IMG/VR virus record: IMGVR_UViG_3300038345_000251
Span: 96,001-160,000 of that record
DNA length: 64,000 bases
Source: a virus
Taxonomy: Duplodnaviria > Heunggongvirae > Uroviricota > Caudoviricetes
Direction: 5' to 3' (one strand)
The translations under genes were made by a program, and so were the position numbers. Positions 9,532 through 18,065 of this stretch are shown here, one piece after another. How positions within the stretch are numbered: position 1 is the stretch's first letter; every line of letters begins with the position of its first letter. Under the pieces are notes generated by a model, which saw nothing but the letters and a program-made list of their open reading frames with translations, was not told the origin of the DNA and searched no databases.

Positions 9532-10595
9532 CAATTTGTTAACTTATAGGCTCTTTATCCTATAATTCTGCATTTTTATTACTAAGTTATATATGCAGTT
9601 CAGACTATATCATCACTACTATTATTAGTAGGCAGGGCACTCGTGTTACCATTACTTCCCTCAGCATTATCTGTTTGGGGTCGGGTATTAGTCGTTGAAC
9701 CTTCGTAAATATTTCTATAAACGCTTGGCTGCTGATTGACCTCTTCAGGTTTTTCCAGCAATTCACCCTGTTTTACAACCTCTTGATGTAATATGTTTAA
9801 ATCTATTATTTCTTGATAAAATTTTTTTTGTTCATCATTACAAAGTGAAAAAAATACTTCTCTTGTAATTTTTCCAGTATGTAGTGCATTTATTAAAATA
9901 TTTCCAAACCATCTATGAATAAGCATATGTGTTTTTCTTGGTAAAACAACTAAGTTTTCAGGATTGTGGTTATTTTCATTAGCATCTTTATGATGTATGT
10001 CGTAACCTTTTGGTACTGATTTAACACCAAGTATATCTCTTGCTATTTTTCTGTATGGTTCTTTATATCTTTCATAATTTTTACTTTTAATTCCATTTTC
10101 TATTACATATCCACGATAGTTTGGGTTATTTTCTCCACAACGAGTTTGCTTTTGATATTCTCTAACACATTTTTGAGAACAACAAACTCTCCTTTTTGCA
10201 TGTGATGGTTTTACAAAAAAATGTTTTCCGCATATAGGACATATTTTTTCAACTCTTGTTGTGTTTAATTTTTGCCTATATTTTGTTAAGCATTCAACAG
10301 AACAACAAAGATATTTTTCTGCTCTACTTCTATAAACTTTTTCATGTTTCCCGCATTCAGCACAAACAACTTCAACCATATTTTCACCACTACCTCGTTT
10401 TGCAAATTCTTCAGGATGGAATTTTCTATATTCATTTAAACATTTCAAAGAACAAAATTTTCTTTTTGCATAATCTTTATCAAGAAAAACTTTTCCGCAA
10501 TTTTGACATGTGTATTCTATTATCATAATTTCTTTTTAATATAAATAGTATCACTAATCAAAAAATACGAGTGATTTAAAATATTTTTTTATTCA
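9532..10595 (-). mobile_element. Group I self-splicing intron (phage IA-type, 1064 nt) in dut
   Basis: P AATTGCTGGAAA, Q AATCAGCAGCC, R GTTCAACGACTA, S GATATAGTCTG; P3 CAGGGTG/GTGCCCTG; P7 GACTA/TAGTC; P9 hairpins; terminal G; IGS TCAAGAGGTT pairs with AACCTT|TGA with a U-G pair at the splice site; splicing restores GTLDEFYRGE. Confidence 0.93.
9600..10526 (-). CDS. Intron-encoded HNH homing endonuclease with three CxxC..CSxxC zinc-finger repeats
   Basis: DIHHKDANENNHNPENLVVL..HMLIH HNH motif; ACTATTTAT at 10541..10549 upstream. Confidence 0.85.
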   Translation of the reverse strand: MIIEYTCQNCGKVFLDKDYAKRKFCSLKCLNEYRKFHPEEFAKRGSGENMVEVVCAECGKHEKVYRSRAEKYLCCSVECLTKYRQKLNTTRVEKICPICGKHFFVKPSHAKRRVCCSQKCVREYQKQTRCGENNPNYRGYVIENGIKSKNYERYKEPYRKIARDILGVKSVPKGYDIHHKDANENNHNPENLVVLPRKTHMLIHRWFGNILINALHTGKITREVFFSLCNDEQKKFYQEIIDLNILHQEVVKQGELLEKPEEVNQQPSVYRNIYEGSTTNTRPQTDNAEGSNGNTSALPTNNSSDDIV

Positions 10596-10915
10596 AAGGT
10601 TCCTTCTGAATTAGCAAGAACCATTCCTGTTTTCCAAATACTGCTTCTTGGTCTAAAATCAATACTAATGACAATTGGTGAATTAACAAGGTCTATTTGT
10701 AAACCACCACCACATTTTACAGTATCATAATTTTCAAGAGTAATTTTATCTCTTACAATTTCATATGAAAAACCAAGTTTATATCTCCATACATTTGGAG
10801 CAACTTCTTCTTCATCAACAGCATACACATCATAACACAAATCACCTTCTTTAGATTTAACAGGTAACTGTGCGTTTTCGTTTAATTTTTTAAGTTTAAT
10901 CTTTATCGGTTTCAT
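10596..10915 (-). CDS. dut: dUTPase exon 1
   Basis: GDLCYDV (motif I), RPRSS (II), NSEGT (start of III); spliced product 171 aa. Confidence 0.9.
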
Positions 10916-10917
10916 AA

Positions 10918-11505
10918 TTATTTTTTATTTCTTTCTTTTTCAAAAGCATAAGCAAGTTCATTTGCTTGTCTAACAATTAACGAAAGTGTTGAATCAAACA
11001 TTTCACTTCCTGTTCCTTCACTTTTTTTGTCAATACAACGAATTGCTTCAAACTCTTCACCTGTAAGTTTTATTCCGTTGTTATTAGCATAAAGAATACT
11101 TCTTTCACCAAACTTAAGTTTACCTTCAAGGTCAGCAAATTTAAAATTAAATCCTCTTTTTTCAATTTCCCAACTATTATCATTAGGAATATACATTTCG
11201 ATTTTGGATAAATGCATAAGAAGAATCACTTTTACTAAACTCTTCCAATCAACTTGCAATACATTAAATGGTTCTGTAGAAACAATATTAAACAGTTTTT
11301 CAGCAAATGCCATTGTTATGTTTATGTGTGTGATTAAACCACCAGGATATGCAACACCTGAATCTTCACTAATTGCACCTGATGCTTGTTTAAGTTGTTC
11401 TTTTAATGTTTCTTCATCCAAATATTTATCAAGACTAACTTCGATTACTTTTTTCCAGAAACTGTTCCATGCAATTTCGTATTTCTTTTCACTTAATACT
11501 TTCAT
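10918..11505 (-). CDS. HD-domain-like protein with degenerate HD motif
   Basis: AYPGGLITH ... LLMHLSKI ... GERS ... EAIRCID resembles YhaM-like HD proteins. Confidence 0.6.
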   Translation of the reverse strand: MKVLSEKKYEIAWNSFWKKVIEVSLDKYLDEETLKEQLKQASGAISEDSGVAYPGGLITHINITMAFAEKLFNIVSTEPFNVLQVDWKSLVKVILLMHLSKIEMYIPNDNSWEIEKRGFNFKFADLEGKLKFGERSILYANNNGIKLTGEEFEAIRCIDKKSEGTGSEMFDSTLSLIVRQANELAYAFEKERNKK

Positions 11506-11525
11506 AATTTTTTTTATTTTTTTTA

Positions 11526-11533
11526 CAAATATA
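11526..11533 (-). promoter_or_regulatory. Bacteroidota-type -7 element TATATTTG
   Basis: Matches TAnnTTTG, 20 nt upstream of the ATG. Confidence 0.65.
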
Positions 11534-11556
11534 TGAAAAAAAATCCAGAAAAAAAA

Positions 11557-11582
11557 CCTATAAGCAAAAAATTACTTATAGG
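11557..11582 (-). terminator. Intrinsic terminator
   Basis: CCTATAAG/CTTATAGG stem with U tract on the minus strand. Confidence 0.65.
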
Positions 11583-11614
11583 CTGAAAAAAAAATAGTTT
11601 AAACGGAAATGAAA

Positions 11615-12847
11615 TTATTTTTTAACAATTGATTTATACCATTCTGCACGTTTTTTAGTTACATTGTTAATGTCATATGTATCTTTGACGTGCTCATACA
11701 TATTATTTTGTAATAACGTTATTAATTCAGGATTTGCAACCAATTTTTTAATTGCCTTAGCCCAATCTTTATGTTTTTTACTTGGGTCAATTAAAATACA
11801 GTTACCTGTTTCATCTATTTCACCACCTTTCTTAAACAATGATTTACTACCAATAGTATAAGGACCAAAGTTAGAACAAATTACAGCTGTTTGTGTAAAT
11901 CCTGCTTCAATAAATTTAAGTTCTGATTTTACTTCATTAAATGAGTTTGTATCAAGTGGTGCAAGTAAAACATCAATATTTCTATAATGTTTAGCAAATT
12001 CAGTTACACCTAATGTCCATTGTCTTCTATAAGGTTCATTATCAACATTTGGCCATTGTGCGTTAGGTGTAAATTTCAAAAGGAATTCTTTATATTCGGG
12101 AGAAACAATTCGATATTCATCAGTAACGTTTCTTTCGTATTTATACCATACTGATTCCGTTGGTTCTATTTGCCTACTACCTGTAACATTACCATTTCTA
12201 TCTACCATATTAATTGTACCTCTTAAATCATAACCACAAAGTACAATTTGAATTTTATCAAGAATGTCTTTACCAAGTACATTAACAACACCTTTAAACT
12301 GTTCCATATCTCTTTCATGTGATGAACCCATTACAAAGCCAAAACGAATTCTATTTGAAGGGTTTTTAATGGGTTGATATTGTTCTTCATTTGGGTCAAT
12401 AGCATTTGGATAAACAAAACAGTTTTTATTCCATTTTCTAATTTTTTTAGCAAATATTTCAGTTGTTGTTGTCACATAATCAACCATTGTAAAGTTTTTA
12501 CAAATTTTTTCGCCTACTTTCATTGCACGGCTTGATGCAGCAAGTGGATGAAATTGACCAACATCCCAATTATCATCAATATCCATAACGGTTGTAATGT
12601 TATGTTCTTTAAAATATTCTAGTGCTTTCCAAAATGGGTTCATATCTCTAAATAACCCTTTATGAAAATGAATAATATCATATTTATCAAATGATTGCAA
12701 ATCTTCCCAGTTAGGAGTATAATTAATTTCTACATCAAATTCGTCACCAAAAAGTTCTTGTAATTTTGTATGTGGTGAAGTTGAACGATACAATCCAACA
12801 CCACTGTGGTCACTTGGGACAACTAATACTTTAATTTTTTCTTCCAT
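11615..12847 (-). CDS. Glycosyltransferase, GT-B fold (GT4-like)
   Basis: GVGLYRS, MDIDDNW, YPNAID, GSSHERD, LAPL..NSFNEVKSELKFIEAG. Confidence 0.85.
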   Translation of the reverse strand: MEEKIKVLVVPSDHSGVGLYRSTSPHTKLQELFGDEFDVEINYTPNWEDLQSFDKYDIIHFHKGLFRDMNPFWKALEYFKEHNITTVMDIDDNWDVGQFHPLAASSRAMKVGEKICKNFTMVDYVTTTTEIFAKKIRKWNKNCFVYPNAIDPNEEQYQPIKNPSNRIRFGFVMGSSHERDMEQFKGVVNVLGKDILDKIQIVLCGYDLRGTINMVDRNGNVTGSRQIEPTESVWYKYERNVTDEYRIVSPEYKEFLLKFTPNAQWPNVDNEPYRRQWTLGVTEFAKHYRNIDVLLAPLDTNSFNEVKSELKFIEAGFTQTAVICSNFGPYTIGSKSLFKKGGEIDETGNCILIDPSKKHKDWAKAIKKLVANPELITLLQNNMYEHVKDTYDINNVTKKRAEWYKSIVKK

Positions 12848-12866
12848 ATTTTTTTAATTTTCTTTC

Positions 12867-12920
12867 AAAATAATAAATTGTATTAAAAAGTAAAGATTTT
12901 AATGATAATAAACTATTTAT
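12867..12920. repeat. 54-bp divergent-promoter repeat, copy 2
   Basis: 53/54 identical to 6539..6592. Confidence 0.9.
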
Positions 12921-12941
12921 TATATATAAAACTGTATATGT

Positions 12942-14093
12942 ATGGCAAAAAAGACGTTAATATTAACACAGAAACAATTAGATGAGATAGTTGGTGGCGA
13001 TATGTCATACTTTGACCATGATACCCATCTTGGTGATAACGATGTGGAGGATGGAAATAATGAAGTATATGCAGGTAAGCATAATTCCAAACCAGTTCCA
13101 TCTGATAAAATATCACGTAGATTAACAAGACAAACAGGGTATGGGCTTGGTAAAAAACTGCCATGTGCTGCTGTACCATATGTTGTTACGTGTAGTAAAG
13201 CAGATTGGAAAGAGAGAAATCTTGTAAATGAAGAAAATCAAGATTTAGTTAATCGTAAATTTAATAATGGAAAAGATTCATATACCAATACAACAACAAA
13301 AATTGGTAGAATGGAAGATGCTTTAGAACTTGCACAAAAAGGTATTGAAGGTGGTGCAGAAAGGTTTAATGATTTAGGTGGAGAAGAAGAGTATCGTAGA
13401 TTGAAAACACAGTATGGTGCAGCAAAAAACGCAAGTGCTTCACGTAAAGAAAGTCTTTCAAATATGGGTATTCAAGCTTATCAAAAACCAAACGGAACTA
13501 AAGAATATGGAAACGGAAAAGCACATACGCCAAAAAATAATCAAGTGATTACATATGAAAGTAAAATCACAGAAGCAAAATCAATAAAAAGTAAAAAGTT
13601 ATTTGACATCGTACAACAACATGGTGGTTTTTACAAAGAATCTTATTTAATGGGTAGAAAAAACAATCATGATATTAGAATGACAAATGCTGATTTACAT
13701 AATTTAACTGATGACCAAGTTATTGATGTTGTTGATTATTCACAAATAAAACCAACAATTGAAAATATAAGGAAAAATAAGTTATATGGTTTTGTTTCTG
13801 GTGATGATATTGATTATGTTCAGTTAATGGATGGTAAATATCTCTTATTATTAGTTAAAAATGCAAATCAATATAAAAGTAGAGAATACCAAAAAGGTGA
13901 TTTCCAAGATTTAGTTGATAAAAAAATTGAAAGAGATAAGAATAAACCATACAAAGGAAAACATAACGATAATTATCAATGGAAATCAACTGATGCACAA
14001 CATTATGTTTTCAACAATCCTCATTATAAAGATTGGGATGATGAAGCAAAAGAACAGATGAAAAATAAAATAAAAGATGATTATAAAAAATAA
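12942..14093 (+). CDS. Late hypothetical protein with leader-like N-terminus
   Basis: MAKKTLILTQKQLDEIV; late promoter upstream. Confidence 0.75.
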   Translation: MAKKTLILTQKQLDEIVGGDMSYFDHDTHLGDNDVEDGNNEVYAGKHNSKPVPSDKISRRLTRQTGYGLGKKLPCAAVPYVVTCSKADWKERNLVNEENQDLVNRKFNNGKDSYTNTTTKIGRMEDALELAQKGIEGGAERFNDLGGEEEYRRLKTQYGAAKNASASRKESLSNMGIQAYQKPNGTKEYGNGKAHTPKNNQVITYESKITEAKSIKSKKLFDIVQQHGGFYKESYLMGRKNNHDIRMTNADLHNLTDDQVIDVVDYSQIKPTIENIRKNKLYGFVSGDDIDYVQLMDGKYLLLLVKNANQYKSREYQKGDFQDLVDKKIERDKNKPYKGKHNDNYQWKSTDAQHYVFNNPHYKDWDDEAKEQMKNKIKDDYKK

Positions 14094-14101
14094 CAAATAT
14101 T

Positions 14102-14500
14102 ATGGCTGAAAAAAATAAAAATCAATCATGTCTTGAAGTTAAAGGTATTGAAAGAAGACAAGAAGAACTTATCAGAAATGATTACTCAAAAAATGAGGAA
14201 TATAATGAAACACACCCTGATGCCATTAGTAATGGAGACCCTCTTGGTAAAGGTTCAGGTTATGGTGGACATACCCATTATGTTCCAGACTGTACAAAAC
14301 CAGAATCATTAATTGACTATAGTAATTTCGACACACATTCTGAAAACCTTGGTGGCTCATATGACATTAATGGTAGAAATGGTGTTGGTGGTAGAGAGTA
14401 TCTTAAAGCAATTAGTGTATATAATGAAGAAAATCAATACGGAATTAATTCTGTAGATACAACTTTAAACGTACAAGACGGACAAATTGTAGTTAGATAA
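14102..14500 (+). CDS. Hypothetical protein, probably virion-associated
   Basis: 132-aa Gly/Asn-rich ORF in a late unit. Confidence 0.7.
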   Translation: MAEKNKNQSCLEVKGIERRQEELIRNDYSKNEEYNETHPDAISNGDPLGKGSGYGGHTHYVPDCTKPESLIDYSNFDTHSENLGGSYDINGRNGVGGREYLKAISVYNEENQYGINSVDTTLNVQDGQIVVR

Positions 14501-15453
14501 TGAATCTTTTTGAGGAAATAGTACTTGAAAGCGAATTGCTTACTGAAAGTGTTTCAGTAAATAGTGTTGTTGACGCTATTACTGGAATGCATCCTGCTTG
14601 GATTACTTATGATGATGAACAGGGTGGTGGCGGTAAAGCGAGACGATTAATTTATCCTATTGCATATGGCGCAACAAGAACTAAAAACCCTGAAGATGCT
14701 AAACCTGTTATTAGAGCATTTGAACCTTCAGGTTCATCAAAAAGAGGGTTAACTAACCCACCAAACAATAGAAAATATCCAAGATGGAAATATTTCAGAC
14801 TTGATAGAATTAAATTCTGGAGAACGGTTAATTCAAAAAATTATGACCCAGAAAAAATGGATGGATATGACGATGATATTATAAACACTGAAGGTGATAA
14901 CAGTATGTCAGCTGTTTATGTAATTGCACCTATTGGTAATGCTAAAAAAATTAAACGTCAAGAATTCGAAAAGCCTGAATCACAAGAAACACCACAAACA
15001 ACAACTACATCATTTGAACCGAAACCAATTACAAAAGATGAAGTTGAAGGTATTGAAATTGAACCTGTTGAACAACCTGTTAGTAATGGAAGAAGACTTA
15101 CTGCTAAAGGTGCTGTTGATTCTATCATAAATTGGATTAAGAAGTACGGAAATAAAATTGGACAAGGTGTTAAAAATATTTTTGGTAAAAAACTTGAAAA
15201 TCAAACACAAAATACCAATAATAATACAGGTGATACTATTAATGCTCCAGATACACAACCAACAACCAAAGCTGAAGTTGGTACAAGTGTAAATGACAAC
15301 CTTAATAGTAACGAACAATTACCTGCACCTAACGATAAACCTGTTACCAAACAGGATGTTGATAATGAGGGTGAAGATAAAGAGTTAAAAGAAAACGTAC
15401 TTACAACATCATTTAAAGATATGATGAACAGAATGAATAATTTAGAAAAATAA
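14500..15453 (+). CDS. WYL-like domain protein with low-complexity C-terminus
   Basis: DAI..WITYD..RRLIYPIAYG..VIRAF..WKYFRLDRI matches the WYL signature. Confidence 0.65.
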   Translation: MNLFEEIVLESELLTESVSVNSVVDAITGMHPAWITYDDEQGGGGKARRLIYPIAYGATRTKNPEDAKPVIRAFEPSGSSKRGLTNPPNNRKYPRWKYFRLDRIKFWRTVNSKNYDPEKMDGYDDDIINTEGDNSMSAVYVIAPIGNAKKIKRQEFEKPESQETPQTTTTSFEPKPITKDEVEGIEIEPVEQPVSNGRRLTAKGAVDSIINWIKKYGNKIGQGVKNIFGKKLENQTQNTNNNTGDTINAPDTQPTTKAEVGTSVNDNLNSNEQLPAPNDKPVTKQDVDNEGEDKELKENVLTTSFKDMMNRMNNLEK

Positions 15454-15462
15454 TTTAAATAT

Positions 15463-16092
15463 ATGCCAATATCACAAGATAAACTTGCACAAATAATTAA
15501 CCATAATGCTAAAACTTTATGTAATCCAAAAGGACAAAGAAAGTTGAATGAAATGGCTGGTGCTTTACCAAAAGATGAAAATGGTATGGTTAGTGACCAA
15601 TGGGATAATTGGAACTTCGATGACCCTAATACACCACAACAGCCACAACAATTTGATACACAAATTAGTGAATCAAGAATTGCTAATTCAAGAATACCTG
15701 ACGCTATTAAACAGTCAATGTTGAATAATCCTATTAATCAAAGTGGCGCATTCGCTGGTGCACCTAGTGCTGATTTGTCATTTTTGAATAAACAACCAAT
15801 AAATGAACAACCAAATATTGTTCAACAAACAACAACAGCACCACAATATCAACCACAACAATATGCTACACCATATGTTCCACAAGCAGCACCTGCAATT
15901 GATTACAATTATTTAAAACACATCATTGGCGAATGTATTGCAGAGTATTTCGCTAAACAGCCAATAAATGAACAAGCAACTTTGAAATCTATTGGTTTAG
16001 CAGAAGGTAAAATTAAAATTGTTGATAACAAAGGAAATGTATATGGTGCTACACTTGAATTAAAAGGAAATCTAAATGATAAAAAGAAATAA
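15463..16092 (+). CDS. Hypothetical Gln/Pro-rich protein
   Basis: 209-aa ORF, last gene of the late unit. Confidence 0.75.
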   Translation: MPISQDKLAQIINHNAKTLCNPKGQRKLNEMAGALPKDENGMVSDQWDNWNFDDPNTPQQPQQFDTQISESRIANSRIPDAIKQSMLNNPINQSGAFAGAPSADLSFLNKQPINEQPNIVQQTTTAPQYQPQQYATPYVPQAAPAIDYNYLKHIIGECIAEYFAKQPINEQATLKSIGLAEGKIKIVDNKGNVYGATLELKGNLNDKKK

Positions 16093-16110
16093 GCATTCAC
16101 TTTAAAGAAT

Positions 16111-16142
16111 AAAGCCGTAGGTGAAAATCTACGGCTTTTTTT
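16111..16142. terminator. Bidirectional intrinsic terminator
   Basis: AAAGCCGTAGGT-GAAA-ATCTACGGCTTT; same stem as 7190..7220. Confidence 0.85.
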
Positions 16143-17745
16143 ATATATTATTTGTTACTTGAAATTCTACTGCTTCTTCTACTTTATCACTCTTATTTGC
16201 CATTATATATTCTGAAGCATCAAGTATATCATACATATTACCAATTACTACATCAGGATATTCTTTTGAAATAAACAAGTTTGTCGAAGGGTCATATACA
16301 AGTATTTTTTCCAAAGCAGACGGTAATTTACCATCATCTTCAAATTTATCTATTTCATCAAGTGTTAAGTTGTTAAGAATTTCATCATAAACTTCTCTAA
16401 GTTTATCAATACCAAGTTCTTTTTCACGTGCCTTTCTTTCAATATAATCTGATTTAATCTTTTCCCAATCCATATCACATTCTTTCAAGAAAGGAATTTC
16501 CCATTCAGGATGTTCCATCCAGAACTTAATTTCCTTATCTTCCATCGTCATAAGTTGTTCAAAGGTATCTTGGTCTCCTTCTTTGTTTGGTTGTCCTGAA
16601 ACCAATACAGATTGCTCATCAGTGAAATATTGTCTATCCTTTGGATTAGTGATTAAAATTAAATCTCTAATGTCTTTTGAAAAACATACAAGTAATGGTG
16701 TAATACGTTTATTAAATTGTTCGATATATTTTTCTACATTATATTCTTTTCCTTCTTCACAGAAAAAGTCTTCATCTGATTCAATAATTTCTCTTGGAAG
16801 AAGTTCACAACATAAAATAATTTCAGTATTAATTGTAACTTCTTTGTGGTTCTTTTTCACCCAATCATCAAATGACAATTTCTTAATTGTACCGTTTTTA
16901 CCGTCTTCAGCAACTTTCCATTCTTTATCAAGTTTTGATTTGATATTTTTAACAGTACCATCTTCAAGTGTAACATTATAACTTGTTACACGTTTAACAT
17001 CTGAGTGAGATTTTTTTGTACCTGTATTAATAAAATACAATGTTTCACCTAAATCAACTTTTAAATTATGTTTCAAAGCAAGTTCCATCCAAGCCTGTCT
17101 TGATTTCTTATTACCTGCTTTTGTTACGGTTTCACAATCTTTAACATAATCTTCTATTGATTTCTTTACTTTACCTTTAGAAGCAATTTGTTTAAGAGGA
17201 ATTTGGTAATTATAAATCTTATTAATATAGTTATAATATTCTTCCAAAAATTCTTTACCTTTATTTTGAAGCAACAAACGAATGCCTGTATCTAAGAATT
17301 TTGAAATATATTCAGGCATTTTCTTTGATTTAACAGTATTGCCAACTAATTTAACATCTTTAGGATAAGGTTTTTCAGGGAAATAGTCAGCATAGTTTTT
17401 CCTACTAAAGTTAATTGTTGAAGTTACCACCTCATCAATACCCAAACCCATTTTGTTTACTGCTTTAGGTGCATAATGTTTGTCAGACATATATAAGTCG
17501 TTAAACTCAGCCACATCTGCTTCATATCTTGTATATTCTTTTCCTTCTTTTGTTTCACGTGACAATCCTTTACCAATATACGGATGTTCATCTGTATAAC
17601 GATATTGTGATTCTTCAGGTAACTTGAAGTTAAAACCATCGGTATTTGACAAAACGTTCATACCGAGAGCATTAACTACTGTTCCATCAAGTGATATGTC
17701 ATAAACATATTTATCAGTTTTATGTTTGTTTTTAATATTAATCAT
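16141..17745 (-). CDS. polB: DNA polymerase family B, C-terminal part, preceded by the split-intein C fragment
   Basis: 34-aa IntC, then TDG completing motif C; SRKNYA and VGNTVKSK motifs. Confidence 0.9.
   Translation of the reverse strand: MINIKNKHKTDKYVYDISLDGTVVNALGMNVLSNTDGFNFKLPEESQYRYTDEHPYIGKGLSRETKEGKEYTRYEADVAEFNDLYMSDKHYAPKAVNKMGLGIDEVVTSTINFSRKNYADYFPEKPYPKDVKLVGNTVKSKKMPEYISKFLDTGIRLLLQNKGKEFLEEYYNYINKIYNYQIPLKQIASKGKVKKSIEDYVKDCETVTKAGNKKSRQAWMELALKHNLKVDLGETLYFINTGTKKSHSDVKRVTSYNVTLEDGTVKNIKSKLDKEWKVAEDGKNGTIKKLSFDDWVKKNHKEVTINTEIILCCELLPREIIESDEDFFCEEGKEYNVEKYIEQFNKRITPLLVCFSKDIRDLILITNPKDRQYFTDEQSVLVSGQPNKEGDQDTFEQLMTMEDKEIKFWMEHPEWEIPFLKECDMDWEKIKSDYIERKAREKELGIDKLREVYDEILNNLTLDEIDKFEDDGKLPSALEKILVYDPSTNLFISKEYPDVVIGNMYDILDASEYIMANKSDKVEEAVEFQVTNNI
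17644..17745 (-). mobile_element. Split intein C fragment (IntC, 34 aa)
   Basis: Block F YVYDISLD; block G VLSN followed by Thr+1. Confidence 0.88.
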
Positions 17746-18040
17746 TTCTATCTTTAATTAATCGTTCAATATCTTCAAGAAATTTTTTACTATTTCTATA
17801 TGCATGATGCATACTATAGAATTCTTCCAAAGTGTAATATCTTCCACATTTATATTCACACATCATTTGTTGTATATCATCTTCAACTTCTTCATAAAAG
17901 TCAATCATAAACATTCCGTCACTCCAAACACCTTCTCCTTTAGATAAACATTCATCAAATAAATCTATAAAATTAACAAGTTTTCCACTAAATCTGGAAT
18001 AAATTTTTTTCTTATTTAAAAGTTCTACAAGTTCGTTCAT
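17738..18040 (-). CDS. Hypothetical protein (100 aa) between the polymerase halves
   Basis: ATG 18040 (MNELVELL) after TATATTTG; its stop overlaps the PolB-C start. Confidence 0.65.
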   Translation of the reverse strand: MNELVELLNKKKIYSRFSGKLVNFIDLFDECLSKGEGVWSDGMFMIDFYEEVEDDIQQMMCEYKCGRYYTLEEFYSMHHAYRNSKKFLEDIERLIKDRND

Positions 18041-18053
18041 AATTTTTTTTTTA

Positions 18054-18061
18054 CAAATATA
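18054..18061 (-). promoter_or_regulatory. Bacteroidota-type -7 element upstream of the PolB-C unit
   Basis: TATATTTG followed by TAAAA as in other copies; weak -33 element. Confidence 0.55.
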
Positions 18062-18065
18062 CAAA

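Noticed and set aside
10589-10915. Truncated dUTPase pseudogene
   Set aside because: The missing motifs III-V are in exon 2 beyond a group I intron, and splicing restores the frame.
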